Below, one piece after another: positions 51,885 to 63,664 of a stretch of 64,000 bases of DNA; the first letter of the stretch is position 1; each line of letters opens with the position of its first letter. Position numbers and translations under genes: made by a program. This DNA comes from Octopus sinensis. Its lineage: Eukaryota. The stretch spans positions 25,978,001 to 26,042,000 of the forward strand of contig NC_043006.1 in assembly GCF_006345805.1 (NCBI RefSeq), read 5' to 3'. The notes below the pieces were generated by a model that was given only the letters and a program-made list of their open reading frames with translations, was not told the origin of the DNA and did no database searches.

Positions 51885-52905
51885 AAAAATTTTCTGATTC
51901 ACTTTTTCGATATCAGAGATTACGATTTAACCAAAAAAAAATTAATTTCAATTCCCCCACACGCACCCCACCTACCCAATTTATTTGCATTGTTTACACT
52001 TGACAAGACGTGTTGTCACGCACAAAATGACAGCTTTCAAATCCTGTTTCCTGAAAATGATCAAACTTTAAGCCTCTGTAACTTTTTAAAAACATTTTTC
52101 TGTAAAAAGAGGAACAACTCCAACAATTTAGCTTGGAAATGTACATTATTGTGTCAAATTTTTAAATTTTCGATAAACTTTAATTTTTGAAATGCTGGTA
52201 GGCAAACCAACTAGATTCATTATAAAACCGCTAGGAGTTAGTGTCGAACATACAGCGAAGTTGATTAAAAAGCACGATTTAACTTCATTATTTAATTATG
52301 AACTTTATTGATATCAGCAGCTATAATATCTGTCAGCAACAGTTGAATTGACAATTACGTTTTGCCAAGATATTGGACTGTTGCATCGTGTGAGAGTTTG
52401 TTGCACGCGTAACCGAAATATGGAATTGACGAAGAGTGGTAAAACAAAGGAAAGATTGAGATGGAGATGTGGAAGGCCGTGTTGAAAGGAGAAAGATTTG
52501 AGATGCGACACAGTTTTTGCCAATAGTAATCCGGTCTTCAGAGAAATTTTAATGTTCACTTACTTCTGGGCATATGAAGAAGCATCTGAAAGAAAATGTC
52601 AACGGGAGCTGAGACTATTTGTTATTGGAAGAATTTCCTCCGTGACATATGCGCAGTTGTTTCACTTTTACCAAAAAAAAAAAAATGTTTTTTAAAAGTT
52701 ATAGAGGTTTAAAGTTTGATAATTTTCACACAATCAGGAAACAGGAATTGGAAATTGTCATTTTGTGCGTGACAGTACGTTTTGTCAACTGTAAACAAAG
52801 CAAATAAACTGGGGGAGGGTGTATTGAAATTAAAAACATTTTTTTTTTTTTGCTAAATCGTAATCTCCGATATCGAAAACGTATAAATCTGAAAATTTTT
52901 TTTTT
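51885..52905. mobile_element. Old element with ~220-bp diverged inverted arms
   Basis: cgatatcagagattacgattt...gtcacgcacaaaatgaca...cctctgtaactttttaaaaacattttt inverted at about 52680-52905. Confidence 0.55.
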
Positions 52906-53427
52906 TTTAATTACTGGTTCAAACGTCATAGGGTGAAGGTGGGGGGAATTCCGAAGAAGTACTTAACATAAATACTGACGAGATAAAATCAAAACTAAAG
53001 TTTTAAATTTAACTTGTGGTTTCTTGTTTGATAACTAACACATTTCTGGTTTATTTAATATTCGCCAACATTCACAACGTTCCGTATACATCATGCACCA
53101 TCTTTCAGCATTTACCATTTTATAATCAAAGCCATTAAAGTTTTCCCACTAAGTCACATTTTGTTTTTCTCTGCATATAGTTCCAATCGCGAGTGGCAGA
53201 GAGTACGATTGTAGCTGTCGACGCAGAAATGTTATGCCATTGGCTGTATTGTAGTCACATAAAGCGTTGACTAATACGTATTTCGTCTGATTGCGAAATA
53301 ACATGGTTGATAGATAAATAAATAAATAAATAAATAAAAACATTAAATATAATTACATCGATTCTGAATCATGAATATTCATGTTAACAGCATTTCAAAA
53401 CTATGTGTGCAGATAAACACACATACA

Positions 53428-53513
<86 letters not shown>

Positions 53514-53521
53514 AATAATAT

Positions 53522-53554
<33 letters not shown>

Positions 53555-53594
53555 AATTATAATAATAATAATATTAGGGACTATATGTGTGTGT

Positions 53595-53712
53595 GTGTAT
53601 AAAATTTTACACGAAGGGAAAAGCCACTAAGTGGTTTTCCAACACGCTAGAAATGGGAGTGTGTTGGAAACCCACTTAGTGACTTTTCCCTTCGGGTATA
53701 ATTTTTATACAC
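53595..53712. repeat. Long hairpin: ~51-bp arms, 15-nt loop
   Basis: 53595-53645 versus 53661-53712, only a few mismatches. Confidence 0.88.
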
Positions 53713-53829
53713 CCATATAATATAATAATATTTGCAGTCTACGGACATTTGTATTCACGCTAGCCACTGGTAAAATTTAATGTTTAATTTTTACCCTATA
53801 TTTTCATTTATACATATACTCATATCGGG

Positions 53830-54495
53830 ATCTGGACAAGGGTCCCCTAGGACAAAAGCCCCTCGGGTAAAAGCCCCACGGTTATATTTTTCGGTTATTT
53901 TTTTTTTGTTTTGTTTTTCTTTTTACTTGTTGCAGTCATTAGACTGTGGCCATGCTGGGGCACCACTTTGATGAATTTTTAGTTGAATGTATCGACCCCA
54001 GAATTTTTTTTTTTATGATTTTCAACCAGCGCATGAAGTCTCTCCTCATGCTAGAAATAACAGCCAAATCTCTTGAAAAAATGTATAACCTCCAAGGTTA
54101 TATCTTTTGATTATTCGATTTTTTTTTAATTTCTAAAAATCTTTTTACTTGTTTCAATCATTGCACTGTGCCATGCTGGGGCACGGCCTTGAGAAATTTT
54201 TAGTCGATTGTATCAACTCCAGAATCTTTTTTAGGTGATCTTCAAAAACTCTTCAAGGTGGTGCTCAAGCATGGCCGCAGTCTAATAACTGCAGCAACAA
54301 ATAAAAATAGGAAAAAAATCTGGCATCGATACGTTCAACTAAAAATTCTTCAAGGCGGTGCCCCAGCATGGCCACAGTCTAATGATTGAAAGAAGTAAAA
54401 GGTAAAAAAAAAAGATTTTATAAACCGTGGAGCTTTTGTCCGAGGAGTTTTTGTCCACTTTCACACTTAAACTATGGGGCTTTTGTCCTACACTC
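53830..54495. mobile_element. Composite fold-back: GGACAAAAGCCCC-type inverted ends enclosing two SINE-A-like tails on each strand
   Basis: ggacaaaagcccc...ccccacggttat at left, ataaaccgtggagcttttgtcc...ggggctttttgtcct at right; SINE tail stubs at about 53920 and 54140 (one strand) and about 54255 and 54330 (other strand). Confidence 0.6.
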
Positions 54496-55256
54496 ATAAG
54501 TATCAGTGGCGACTCCGGCATTCGGGCTGTTCGGGCTTAGCCCGAGTATAAATTTAAGAAAGTTTTGCCAATACTGACTTCAAGTATGTAATTGCATTCC
54601 ATAACTCGGACTCCTTTTATTGAGCTTGGTCGCAGTTCATTTATTTTTGTTTAGGGTCTAGCGGTCGTCTTAGAGGTGCTTTGTGTCAAAAAATAAATAT
54701 CATTCGAAGCAGATGTTCTCTCGACATCGTTCACACGCACCTGAGTTGCAACCCGAGTTGTTATTTATAATCGTAAAAATTAAAAGTAATTTAAATTCAA
54801 TGTTTTCTTGAAACAAATTTCCATAGAGATTAAGATTAAAATTCCAATCTATGAAAAGTTTTCGTCCTACAATATTCTTAAAGGAACGAAAAATTATTTA
54901 GCAACTCGGGTTAATACGAACGAACCTGGTATGTGTAAAAGATTAACTGGCATCTCTTGTCAAGAGTACGGGCGACAGAGTGAGATAGCTGATATTTGTT
55001 GTGCACCCCGCTATAGTTATTTGATTACTGTTATTCTGTGAGCCTGTGTGTATAAAGATCAGTTGTTTTGCAGGGTTGCTGAATTTTTACCCTTAACTTA
55101 GAAACGGAGAAAGATATAGTGTTAGATAAAAAAAAATTTGTTTAAGATATTGCGGGAAAACGTGAAATTCTTCGAGCAGGCATGTCTTACGCAAAATCTG
55201 TGATGAACCCGAGTGACGCTGATGACTTGGAGTCGTCTCTGATATGTGTGTGTGAG

Positions 55257-55316
<60 letters not shown>

Positions 55317-55417
55317 CATGGCTCTTTTAGAAAAGATCCTAAATCATTTATAGAAAACATAAATCCGGAGAATAAGCACACTCTAAGATGTAGAGCAGTA
55401 TATATTAAAACAGATTT

Positions 55418-55479
55418 GGGGGTTTGACGATACGCCATAAAGTTAAACCCTTTAGGGACGGAAAACTTAAGGTAATCCC
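55418..55479 (+). ncRNA. Decayed hammerhead motif
   Basis: GGGGU-UUGACGA-...-GAAAA-CUUAAG-GUA|AUCCC: stem I pairs (GGGGU/AUCCC), stem III one base from the palindrome ACCUUAAGGU, C3U substitution. Confidence 0.42.
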
Positions 55480-55497
55480 ATAAACCGGCCTTCCCTA

Positions 55498-55548
<51 letters not shown>

Positions 55549-55634
55549 ATAGAGGGCATTATTACACATAAATACTACTATATATATATATATCAATAAA
55601 TGGTGGGGTTGTGTTGACCGCACGTGGAGAAATG

Positions 55635-56212
55635 ATAAGCAAGGAAAATTGTAAAAATGCAGAATGCTAAATTGAAAGAAAATTTTTATGAAATGAGAAA
55701 TTGATAAAATATATAATATATATTTATTCAAACCGGTTTTCGTCATGATGTGACTTATCAAGAATAGTTAGGTAAAAAAGTTTTTTTAAAATGAGAAAGG
55801 GAAAAAAGACAGTTGCATTGTTTTTGCAAAAGAATAATAATAAATGTGTACAAAAATTAAAAAATAAGTACTCCGATACATTGTGAGTTCGTTGTGTATC
55901 TTGAGTTTAATGATTGTTCACGTGAACAATCATTAAACTCAAGATACACAACGAACTCACAATGTATCGGAGTATTTATTTTTTAATTTTTGTACACATT
56001 TATTATTATTCTTTTGCAAAAAACAATGCAACTGTCTTTTTTCCCCTTTCTCATTTTAAAAAAACTTTTTTACCTAACTATTCTTGATAAGTCACATCAT
56101 GACGAAAACCGGTTTGAATAAATATATATTTATATATTTTATCAATTTCTCATTTCATAAAAATTTTCTTTCAATTTAGCATTCTGCATTTTTACAATTT
56201 TTCCTTGCTTAT
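55635..56212. repeat. Near-perfect spacerless palindrome, ~290-bp arms
   Basis: Centre gattgttcac|gtgaacaatc at 55921/55922; arms match out to ataagcaagg (55635) and ccttgcttat (56212) with few small indels. Confidence 0.95.
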
Positions 56213-56225
56213 ATATATATATAAT

Positions 56226-56320
<95 letters not shown>

Positions 56321-56370
56321 TATATATATATATATATTATATAGTATAATATATAATATTATATAGTATA

Positions 56371-56401
<31 letters not shown>

Positions 56402-56450
56402 GTATATATATATATATATATATATAGTATATATATATATATATATATTA

Positions 56451-56488
<38 letters not shown>

Positions 56489-56494
56489 TATATA

Positions 56495-56559
<65 letters not shown>

Positions 56560-56778
56560 ATATATTATATATATATTATATAGTATATATATATATAGTA
56601 TAATATATTATATATATAGTATATATATATATAGTATATTATATTATATATATAGTATATATATATATAGTATATATAATATATATATATAGTATATATA
56701 GTATATATATATATAGTATATCTATATATATATATTGTTATATATATATATATATTGTATATATATATATATATATAT

Positions 56779-56817
<39 letters not shown>

Positions 56818-56821
56818 TATA
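56213..56821. repeat. Long interrupted (TA)n tract (one of many; others at 4.2-4.4, 4.7-4.9, 9.9-10.1, 43.2-43.7 and 44.9-45.1 kb)
   Basis: Direct reading; irregular interruptions may partly be consensus error. Confidence 0.95.
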
Positions 56822-57550
56822 TATTGTATAGAGGGCATTATTACACATAAATACTACTATATATATATGTATATATGGCTTTGGCAGGGGCACTTAAATT
56901 ATAATGGCGAATGCAATCGACTCAACCGCATGTGTGTTTATCGTTATGGTAAAATCTAGCATGCGGTTGAGTAAATTGTATTCTAGACAAATTCAGCCGA
57001 GGAGCTACAGATACGTTATGTGAGTAAACAATTGTCCTGAATTAATCTGCTTTTTTGTTATTTTATTTGCCCTGTTCGTTTATGCTAATAGTTGTGCTAA
57101 CTTTCATCGGAAACAATTCTTCGTGGCTGAAACCCTAGCGGATCTATTTTTAGTGCTAGAGTAGACCACATAGTGGTCACTCTCTTATATTTACATATAA
57201 AATTTATTGTATTCCGGGTTTTTATGCACTAAGCCACTAGGTGTTAAATTGAAGGTACTATTAAACTAGTATCCGGTGTTAAATGGATGGTACTATTAAA
57301 TTAGTATCCAATTTTCTCACCCTTATTTGTTGATTATATATATATATATCTAAACGAGGTATAAACAGTAGCTGCACGACAATGTGAAGTATATTTGCCA
57401 CTTAAATGTGGCTAACCACTAAAGGTGGTTGCTACTGTAGCTTGTAGCCCCAGGAGAACATCTTCTCTAGCTGGCTATTGACACACTTTCTGTGCCCTAT
57501 CAGTATTTGCTAAGGAAAGCCATCCTTCCCATCGTCGACCTGACTTGATA

Positions 57551-57596
57551 CGTACGGACCCGGGTTTCTGGATATTTTTTCCGTCATCAGCGCACG
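57551..57596 (-). ncRNA. Minimal type I hammerhead ribozyme, intact core
   Basis: Minus strand CGUGCG-CUGAUGA-C-GGA-AAAAAUA-UCC-A-GAAAC-CCGG-GUC|CGUACG: 6-bp stem I, 3-bp stem II, perfectly palindromic stem III ACCCGGGU. Confidence 0.85.
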
Positions 57597-57831
57597 ACAA
57601 TCACCGGTTTTCGATTAAATCTTTAAGATCACTACAGGATCGAACATAGATATGGGGACAGCACAGGACAAACAATTACACAGAATGAATAAGTTCGTGT
57701 TTAAAACTTTTTGCGATTATTATGTCGCTTAAAATAAATAAATTTACAATTGAATAAATCTTATGCAGACTTAAAACTGAACTTTTTTCCTTCTATTTTT
57801 ATTTTATATTTTTAAAAGCAAGCGAATTGGT

Positions 57832-60738
57832 TTTTTGACCCGGCAGCCTATAAGGCCCAGCGTATCACTTTTTATTCCCTCGATGATCGATTTGGGTAAC
57901 TTACACCCACCTTTTTCACCACTTCCTTCCATCTTTGTTCATATATTCTAGTTGACATGGTCCTCTTTTCCAGCCCTATCTTGCTCTTTAGATGGTATCT
58001 GAAGTAAAGCAGCAATCCAGGCCCCTGTCACAAAACCTTCCATTCTAGTCCTCCATATACACTCTTTCAACACTGCTACCGTACAGAAAAAACAAGCCTC
58101 GCCTTCCTTTGAGAGTCCAGTTGGCGGTATCATCTTTATCATAGATCCAGCTGACAGCTGTACTCGTCCCAGATGCAAAAACTCGTGTTCTACGTAAATT
58201 ATCAAGCTGGAAAGCTACCGACAATGTATAAAAGCGTGCTGGACAGTTTCACTGTCCCGCCCGCATCTTGGACATGTCGGTGGCACTGCCATACCGTGCC
58301 TAGATAACTTCTCGCGAACAGGTAAAGCATTCCTGTAACACTGCCAAGTCAGAGACTTTTGGAAATTATCCAAATACTCCGGCTTCAAGGTTTTCCAAAA
58401 CAGGTTGGTAAGTTGGTTCTCGTCGAACCCCAGAGCCCCTCCTAAGACGTCATCATTTTTTTCCCTCCACAAGCCCTCTATAGAATACCGAGGTGGTATT
58501 CCCGCAGCTAGCCTTGCCCGTCTTGTCTGACGGCACTCCTTCTGCCGTAAAGTCAGCTTACGTCTTTTAATGAGACCGAATTTAAATCTTTCCAGCGAGG
58601 CCGGTCGCGGCAAGAACTCTTCCGCCAACGGACTCCACACCTTATCACCCCCCAGGTGGCACCAGAGATGTCTCAGCCTCAACGCATGTCTGCGCATCAT
58701 TAGCCAGAACATCCCCAAGCCACCCTTTAGCGGTTCCTGGCAGCATACGGAGCGCCTCACAAGTGGCTTTCCCCCTCTCCACAAAAAGCGGAAGAGGAGT
58801 CGTACCAGCTTGTTTAGCCAAAAGTCGGAGGAAGGCACAACGGACAGGTGGTAGGTGATTAACGATGCTATAAACACCTGCACCACCTCCGCTCTACCCT
58901 TCAAGGACAGAGACCTTCCGGACCACTTCCGTACTATGGCCTCCACCTTGTCCAGTACCTCGCTCCAATTCTTCTCCGTCTGGGAGTCTCAACCAAACCA
59001 AACCCCAAGCAACTTAACAGGACCATCTGTCCAGTGTCCGACGACACTGGACGATATCGGCTTGTTCCGCCAGGTGCCGAGGCGCAAACCGATGGACTTG
59101 TCCTTGTTAACCTTTGCTCCTGCCACCGCTTCGTATCTTCAGAGAGCATCTTCTACATGAGGTAGTTGTGCCTCCTTAGACACGATGAGAGTGACGTCGT
59201 CCGCATAAGCAGAAGTGAACTTACCGCATCCAATCTCATTAGGGTTGCCGCCTAACTTCTCCAGCCTCCGCAGCAATGGCTCCAGGGTCAAAACATACAG
59301 AATCGGATGCAGGGGACACCCTTGACGAACAGACCGCTTAATCGAAAACGGCTCCGTTAAATAACCGTTTATCTGAACGGTGGACTTGATGCTGCTATAT
59401 ATAACGGAGATCCGCCCGCGAAAGCCAGGGCCTAGCCCAGCTGTTTCGAGGACAGCCCCCAGATACCGGTGGTCTACTCTGTCGAATGCTTTACTTTGGT
59501 CTAAGTGGACCAATGCCCCTCCTTTGCCGGCTATTTTACCCACCCTCTCTAAGGTGTAGCAGAGAAGATGAAGATTGTCCTGGATCGACCTGCCTGGTAT
59601 TGCACAAGTTTGTGCCTTTCCGACAAGCTTCTCCACAACAGCCGTCAACCTTTTTGCTAACACCTTGGCCAAAATCTTTAACTCTACGTTAAGCAGAGTT
59701 ATGGGCCTGTAGTTACTAATCCTATCCCCCTTGCTTGGGTCCTTCTGGATCAGTGTCACAACTCCCCGGCTTACAGAACTGGGAATTCTCCCATTCTGCT
59801 GCCAGTTTGCATAGACGCCTGCCAGAACATCCCCAAACAAGTCCGGCATTAAGCGATAAAATTCGTAGGACAGACCATCCAGTCCCGGAGACTTTTCCCC
59901 GGCGCACTCGGCCAGCACCTCTCTTACCTCCGCAGGAGTGATCGGGCCTTCACGGCTTTCAGCTTCACGTGCCGAGAGTCGAGGCCCACCAGCTAAGAAG
60001 TCCCTTAAGAGCTCCCCGCGCTCAAGCGGACCGCTCTCCCCGAACAAAATGCTGGTGAAAAGCCTTTTGCATCTTCTCCTATCCATAGATCTTGCGTCCC
60101 TGCTCGTCAGTTAAAGACTTAATACAGGACTTCTTACCCTTCTGACTCTCCACACGACGTGCCCACCTGGCTACGTTAATACCCTCTCGTTTCCTAGCGC
60201 GTAACTTAGCTCTAACTCGATACCCTTCATGTTTGGCATTGAGGTGACGGTACAGGACCGTTCTCGCCGCCGACACTCTAGATGCGGAGCCAAATTCCAT
60301 TGCCTCATGTAGGCTCTTAACTAAGTCACCCTCTAGTCTAGTCTTATCTAAACTCAGCTGCTTGCTAAATCTAATGGACTCAAGACGGATGGCTCTCTTG
60401 AGGGCGTGCCACCACCTATTATTAATGATGGTGCCACATAATGCCCTCTGCACTATCTCCTTAATTCGGGTACGGAAAGCTTCACAAGTCAAAATAGACT
60501 TGTTCAATTTCCAATACCCGGGTCCTTGTCTATGACACTTATCTACATGTACCTCACACGTCACAAGTTTGTGATCCGTGTAAGGCACAATACAAAATTG
60601 TGGACAGCTAAAGCTATGCTTATCTCTTTCCTTAACAAAAATTCTATCTATATACGATCTGCATGAGCCACCGTTATTACTCCACGTCCACTGTGAAACG
60701 CTCGACTCATCCAGTCGGTAGCGGTCTACTAGATCGCT
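57832..60738 (-). mobile_element. Tx1-type L1 LINE ORF2, 5'-truncated within the endonuclease, few lesions
   Basis: SYIDRIF..PYTDHK (APE C-terminus), KSPGLDGL, NYRPITLLNVELKILAK, DQSKAFDRVDH, VRQGCPL, SAYADDVT, CPRCGRDSETVQHAFIHC; stop at 57948; short A-tail near 57832. Confidence 0.92.
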
Positions 60739-60962
60739 AGGTCGTGAGTTCGATGCCTGGTGGTGAGTTGAGTCCCTTCACGTTGTTCTAGTTCACTCAG
60801 CTGGCAAAATGAGTCATACTTGTTTTGCAAAGGACTAGCTTTGTCACACTAAAATCTCCCTGAAAACTATGTCAAGGGTGCATGTGTCTGTGAAGTGTTC
60901 AACCACTTGCACATTAATTCAACGAGCTAGCTGTTCTGTTGATAGGATCAACTGAATTCTCA
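60720..60962 (+). mobile_element. SINE fragment (family C-like) abutting the Tx1 5' truncation
   Basis: B-box gtgagttcgatgcc and body ttcactcagctggcaaaaatgag; junction overlaps the LINE frame. Confidence 0.5.
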
Positions 60963-61059
60963 CTGGAGTGCCAGTTTTCCATAAGTGAAGAAAACTGATA
61001 CTCAACGAAGGTTGTTCAACAAATGTTCAACCTAAGTCAAATAAACTAACCCAGAAAAA

Positions 61060-61240
61060 TCCTTCAATGTGACGATGGGTGGATATCTGCGACCTCATAA
61101 GCTTATATATACTGGACATCTTAAGTAAGAGGTTCCCATCAATCCACTTTGGTCTATATAGAGAAGACATTTTAGCCATCTCTAGAAGTGTAAATGGGTA
61201 CATTCTGGATGGACTTAGTAGGACCTGATGCACTTAGCTT
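61060..61240 (+). mobile_element. Penelope-like element reverse transcriptase fragment
   Basis: FNVTMG then ICDLISLYILDILSKRFPSIHFGLYREDILA, matching the PLE RT pattern F.VTMGS.DGAE.CELVGLYIL...GLYRDDGL. Confidence 0.72.
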
Positions 61241-61249
61241 CCTCGGTCT

Positions 61250-62240
61250 TAAGGTTAACATGTGTAGTGGCTAGCGATCTATCATGGTGAATGCCGCACA
61301 GAGGGATCACACAGGAGAGTTAGGAAGGGGAGATAATAAAGTAGTGGTGATCCCAAAACGAAGGTGCGTGTGTATAAGAGAGCATGTATGTGCGTGTGGA
61401 GGAGGGCTGCTGACCTTGACGTGTGTGTGTGCATGTGTATGTGTGCAGATGATGGTGTAGGTGCTGGGAAGTGGTCAGTGCTAGTGTGTGCGTGGTGGTG
61501 TGATGTGGTATTGTGTGGTATTAGTGGTGTGTGTTGTTATTGTGTGGTGTCGTTGTGTTGGGATGTGGAGAGGCGAGATTTGGGAAAGCAAGGGTGGGGT
61601 GTGGGTTAGACTGAAGGTGGGGTTGGATTGTGTAGGGGTAGGGTTATGAGGGAGGTGTCGATGAAGGGAGAAGGTGGGTAGAAGTGACGAGAAGAGAGGA
61701 GGGTAGGGGTGAAGAGCAGAAGTACAAGTTGGGGCAAGAGGAGAGGTGGATGGGAGGAAGTAGGTGTGAGAGGAAGAGAGTTAGATGAAGAGGGGAGGAG
61801 ACTTGAGCCCATGGGACGCAAAGTATCAAAGAGGGAAGATTAATCCATGTTCATGGTGAAGACAGGAGTCAATTTGTCCGGATCGCCCCTGTGCAAGGAC
61901 AATCCAAACACAGACAGGGGTTGCAAAGAGTGACTGGAAATGGCACGAGACCAGGGTGTTATTGTCGAATCAGATGTCTTGGGGGTGTTCCACGAACCAG
62001 TCAGCCAAGCGGCATCCCATTTGCCCAATGTAGAGAGAAAGGCAAAGAGAGCAGGCGATGCAGTAGATGACATTGCTACAAATGCAGGTGAAGGAGTTGG
62101 TGATATGATAGGGTTATTGATGGGTGCTGGTGAGGAGGGTGGTGTTGGAGAGTAAGGGCAAGTGCAGCAGCGTGGGTGGGAGCAAGGGAACAAGCTGGGT
62201 TGGTAGGTTGGGTTAGAGAAGAAGCTGTGGAACAAGAGGT
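61250..62240 (-). mobile_element. Penelope-like element GIY-YIG endonuclease remnant and low-complexity 3' tail
   Basis: FPCSHPRCCTCP and YHITNSFTCICSNVIYCIACSLCLSLYIGQMGCRLADWFVEH (Cys-rich linker plus VIY-YIG). Confidence 0.78.
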
Positions 62241-62339
62241 CTCATAAGTTGTGGCTCGTTTGAAGGAGGGGAGGGGTATGCATACATACACAAAACATGC
62301 ATAGATATGTTAGCAGAAAGCTCCAGGATGATAGTAACA

Positions 62340-63110
62340 ATGATAATCAAAGTCATCTATCATGGACCAACAACTAGATTACTAACTCTCACTTTGAAGG
62401 TTGTGTGTTTGCAACTCCAGAACAAAAAATATCAACCAAATACCTGATGCTCAAAAGGGACAAAGATGCAGGGGAAATGTCAAAATGTGATAAGCGATGC
62501 AGACTTTGTGGTGTTGACACTGAAGACATCACCTACATCATCAGTAGTTGTTCAAAAATCTCATCAGTATTATATGAGACATGGTGCTGTAGCCAGGGCA
62601 CTGCACTATGAGATCCTTCAGAATGAGTAACCCTAAGGCCAAAGGAATAAAAGCCCACAGTATGGTAGAGGCCATAACCACTCATGATAGGAATGATAGA
62701 ATGTGTCAATAAAATGTAAACATAATAGACCTGATGAAACGATTTGGGACAAAGATGAGAAACTGTGTACAGTAGCAGAAATCAGCTACCCAGCAGATGT
62801 GAATATACAGCTAAATGTCAGTGAAAAGGAAAATACCTTTGCTGAACTATTGAGAAATCTAGTTACTCTATCCAGATTACAAGTCCAGGTTTGTACCTGT
62901 AATTATGGGGTTACTGGAATATGTAACACACTGACAAAGTACCACTCTTAAGAACTCAGGCTTCTCAAGACCTGAAAGGAGAAAGCTGATTCAAAGACTA
63001 CAGATCCAAGCAAGCACTGGAACCTCTAAAACTTTTCAGAAGTTTATCGTTTAAGTATATATGCACATGTCTAAACAGGCAACTATATGCATAAGAATAC
63101 ATAAAACAAA
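62340..63110 (+). mobile_element. R4/Dong-clade C-terminus (CCHC and restriction-like endonuclease), defective
   Basis: CRLCGVDTEDITYIISSC, RHG/RHD region, KCKHNRPDETIWDKDEKLCTVAEISYPAD, IQIQASTGTSK. Confidence 0.78.
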
Positions 63111-63129
63111 ACATACAAATCTGCACATA

Positions 63130-63520
63130 GGCGCAGGAGTGGCTGTGTGGTAAGTAGCTTGTTTACCAACCACATGGTTCCGGGTTCAGTCCCACTGCGT
63201 GGCACTTTGGGCAAGTGTCTTCTACTAATAGCCTCGGGCCGACCAAAGCCTTGTGAGTGGATTTGGTAGACGGAAACTGAAAGAAGCCCGTCGTATATAT
63301 GTATATATATGTATATATGTGAGTTTGTATATCTGTGTTTGTCCCCCCAACTGATGCTGGTGTGTTTATGTCCCTGTAACTTAGCGGTTCAGCAAAGAGA
63401 CCGATAGAATAAGTACTGGGCTTACAAAGAATAAGTCCCGGGGTCGAGTTGCTCGATTAAAGGCGGTGCTCCAGTATGGCCACAGTCAAATGACTGAAAC
63501 AAGTAAAAGAGTAAAGAGTA
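63130..63520 (+). mobile_element. Full-length SINE family A
   Basis: ggcgcaggagtggctgtgtggtaag...ccgggttcagtccc head, internal (TA)/(TG) tract, tail ggccacagtcaaatgactgaaacaagtaaaaga. Confidence 0.92.
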
Positions 63521-63664
63521 TATACACACATACATGAAAAAATACCCTGATGATGTTGAAATTTCAATGAAGGAGCCTTGGGTCTAGGTTAGAAACTGGT
63601 TCTTTCTCTATTGGCAAGAAATTTTTAAATAAGACTTAATACATACATACAATAAGTCAAATAT

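Noticed and set aside
56925-56975. 13-bp stem actcaaccgcatg/catgcggttgagt
   Set aside because: An isolated short hairpin with no ribozyme core or other supporting structure.
63540-63610. CUGAUGA...GAAAC pair in the probable R4 3' UTR
   Set aside because: No stem I pairing and no closing stem II could be drawn.
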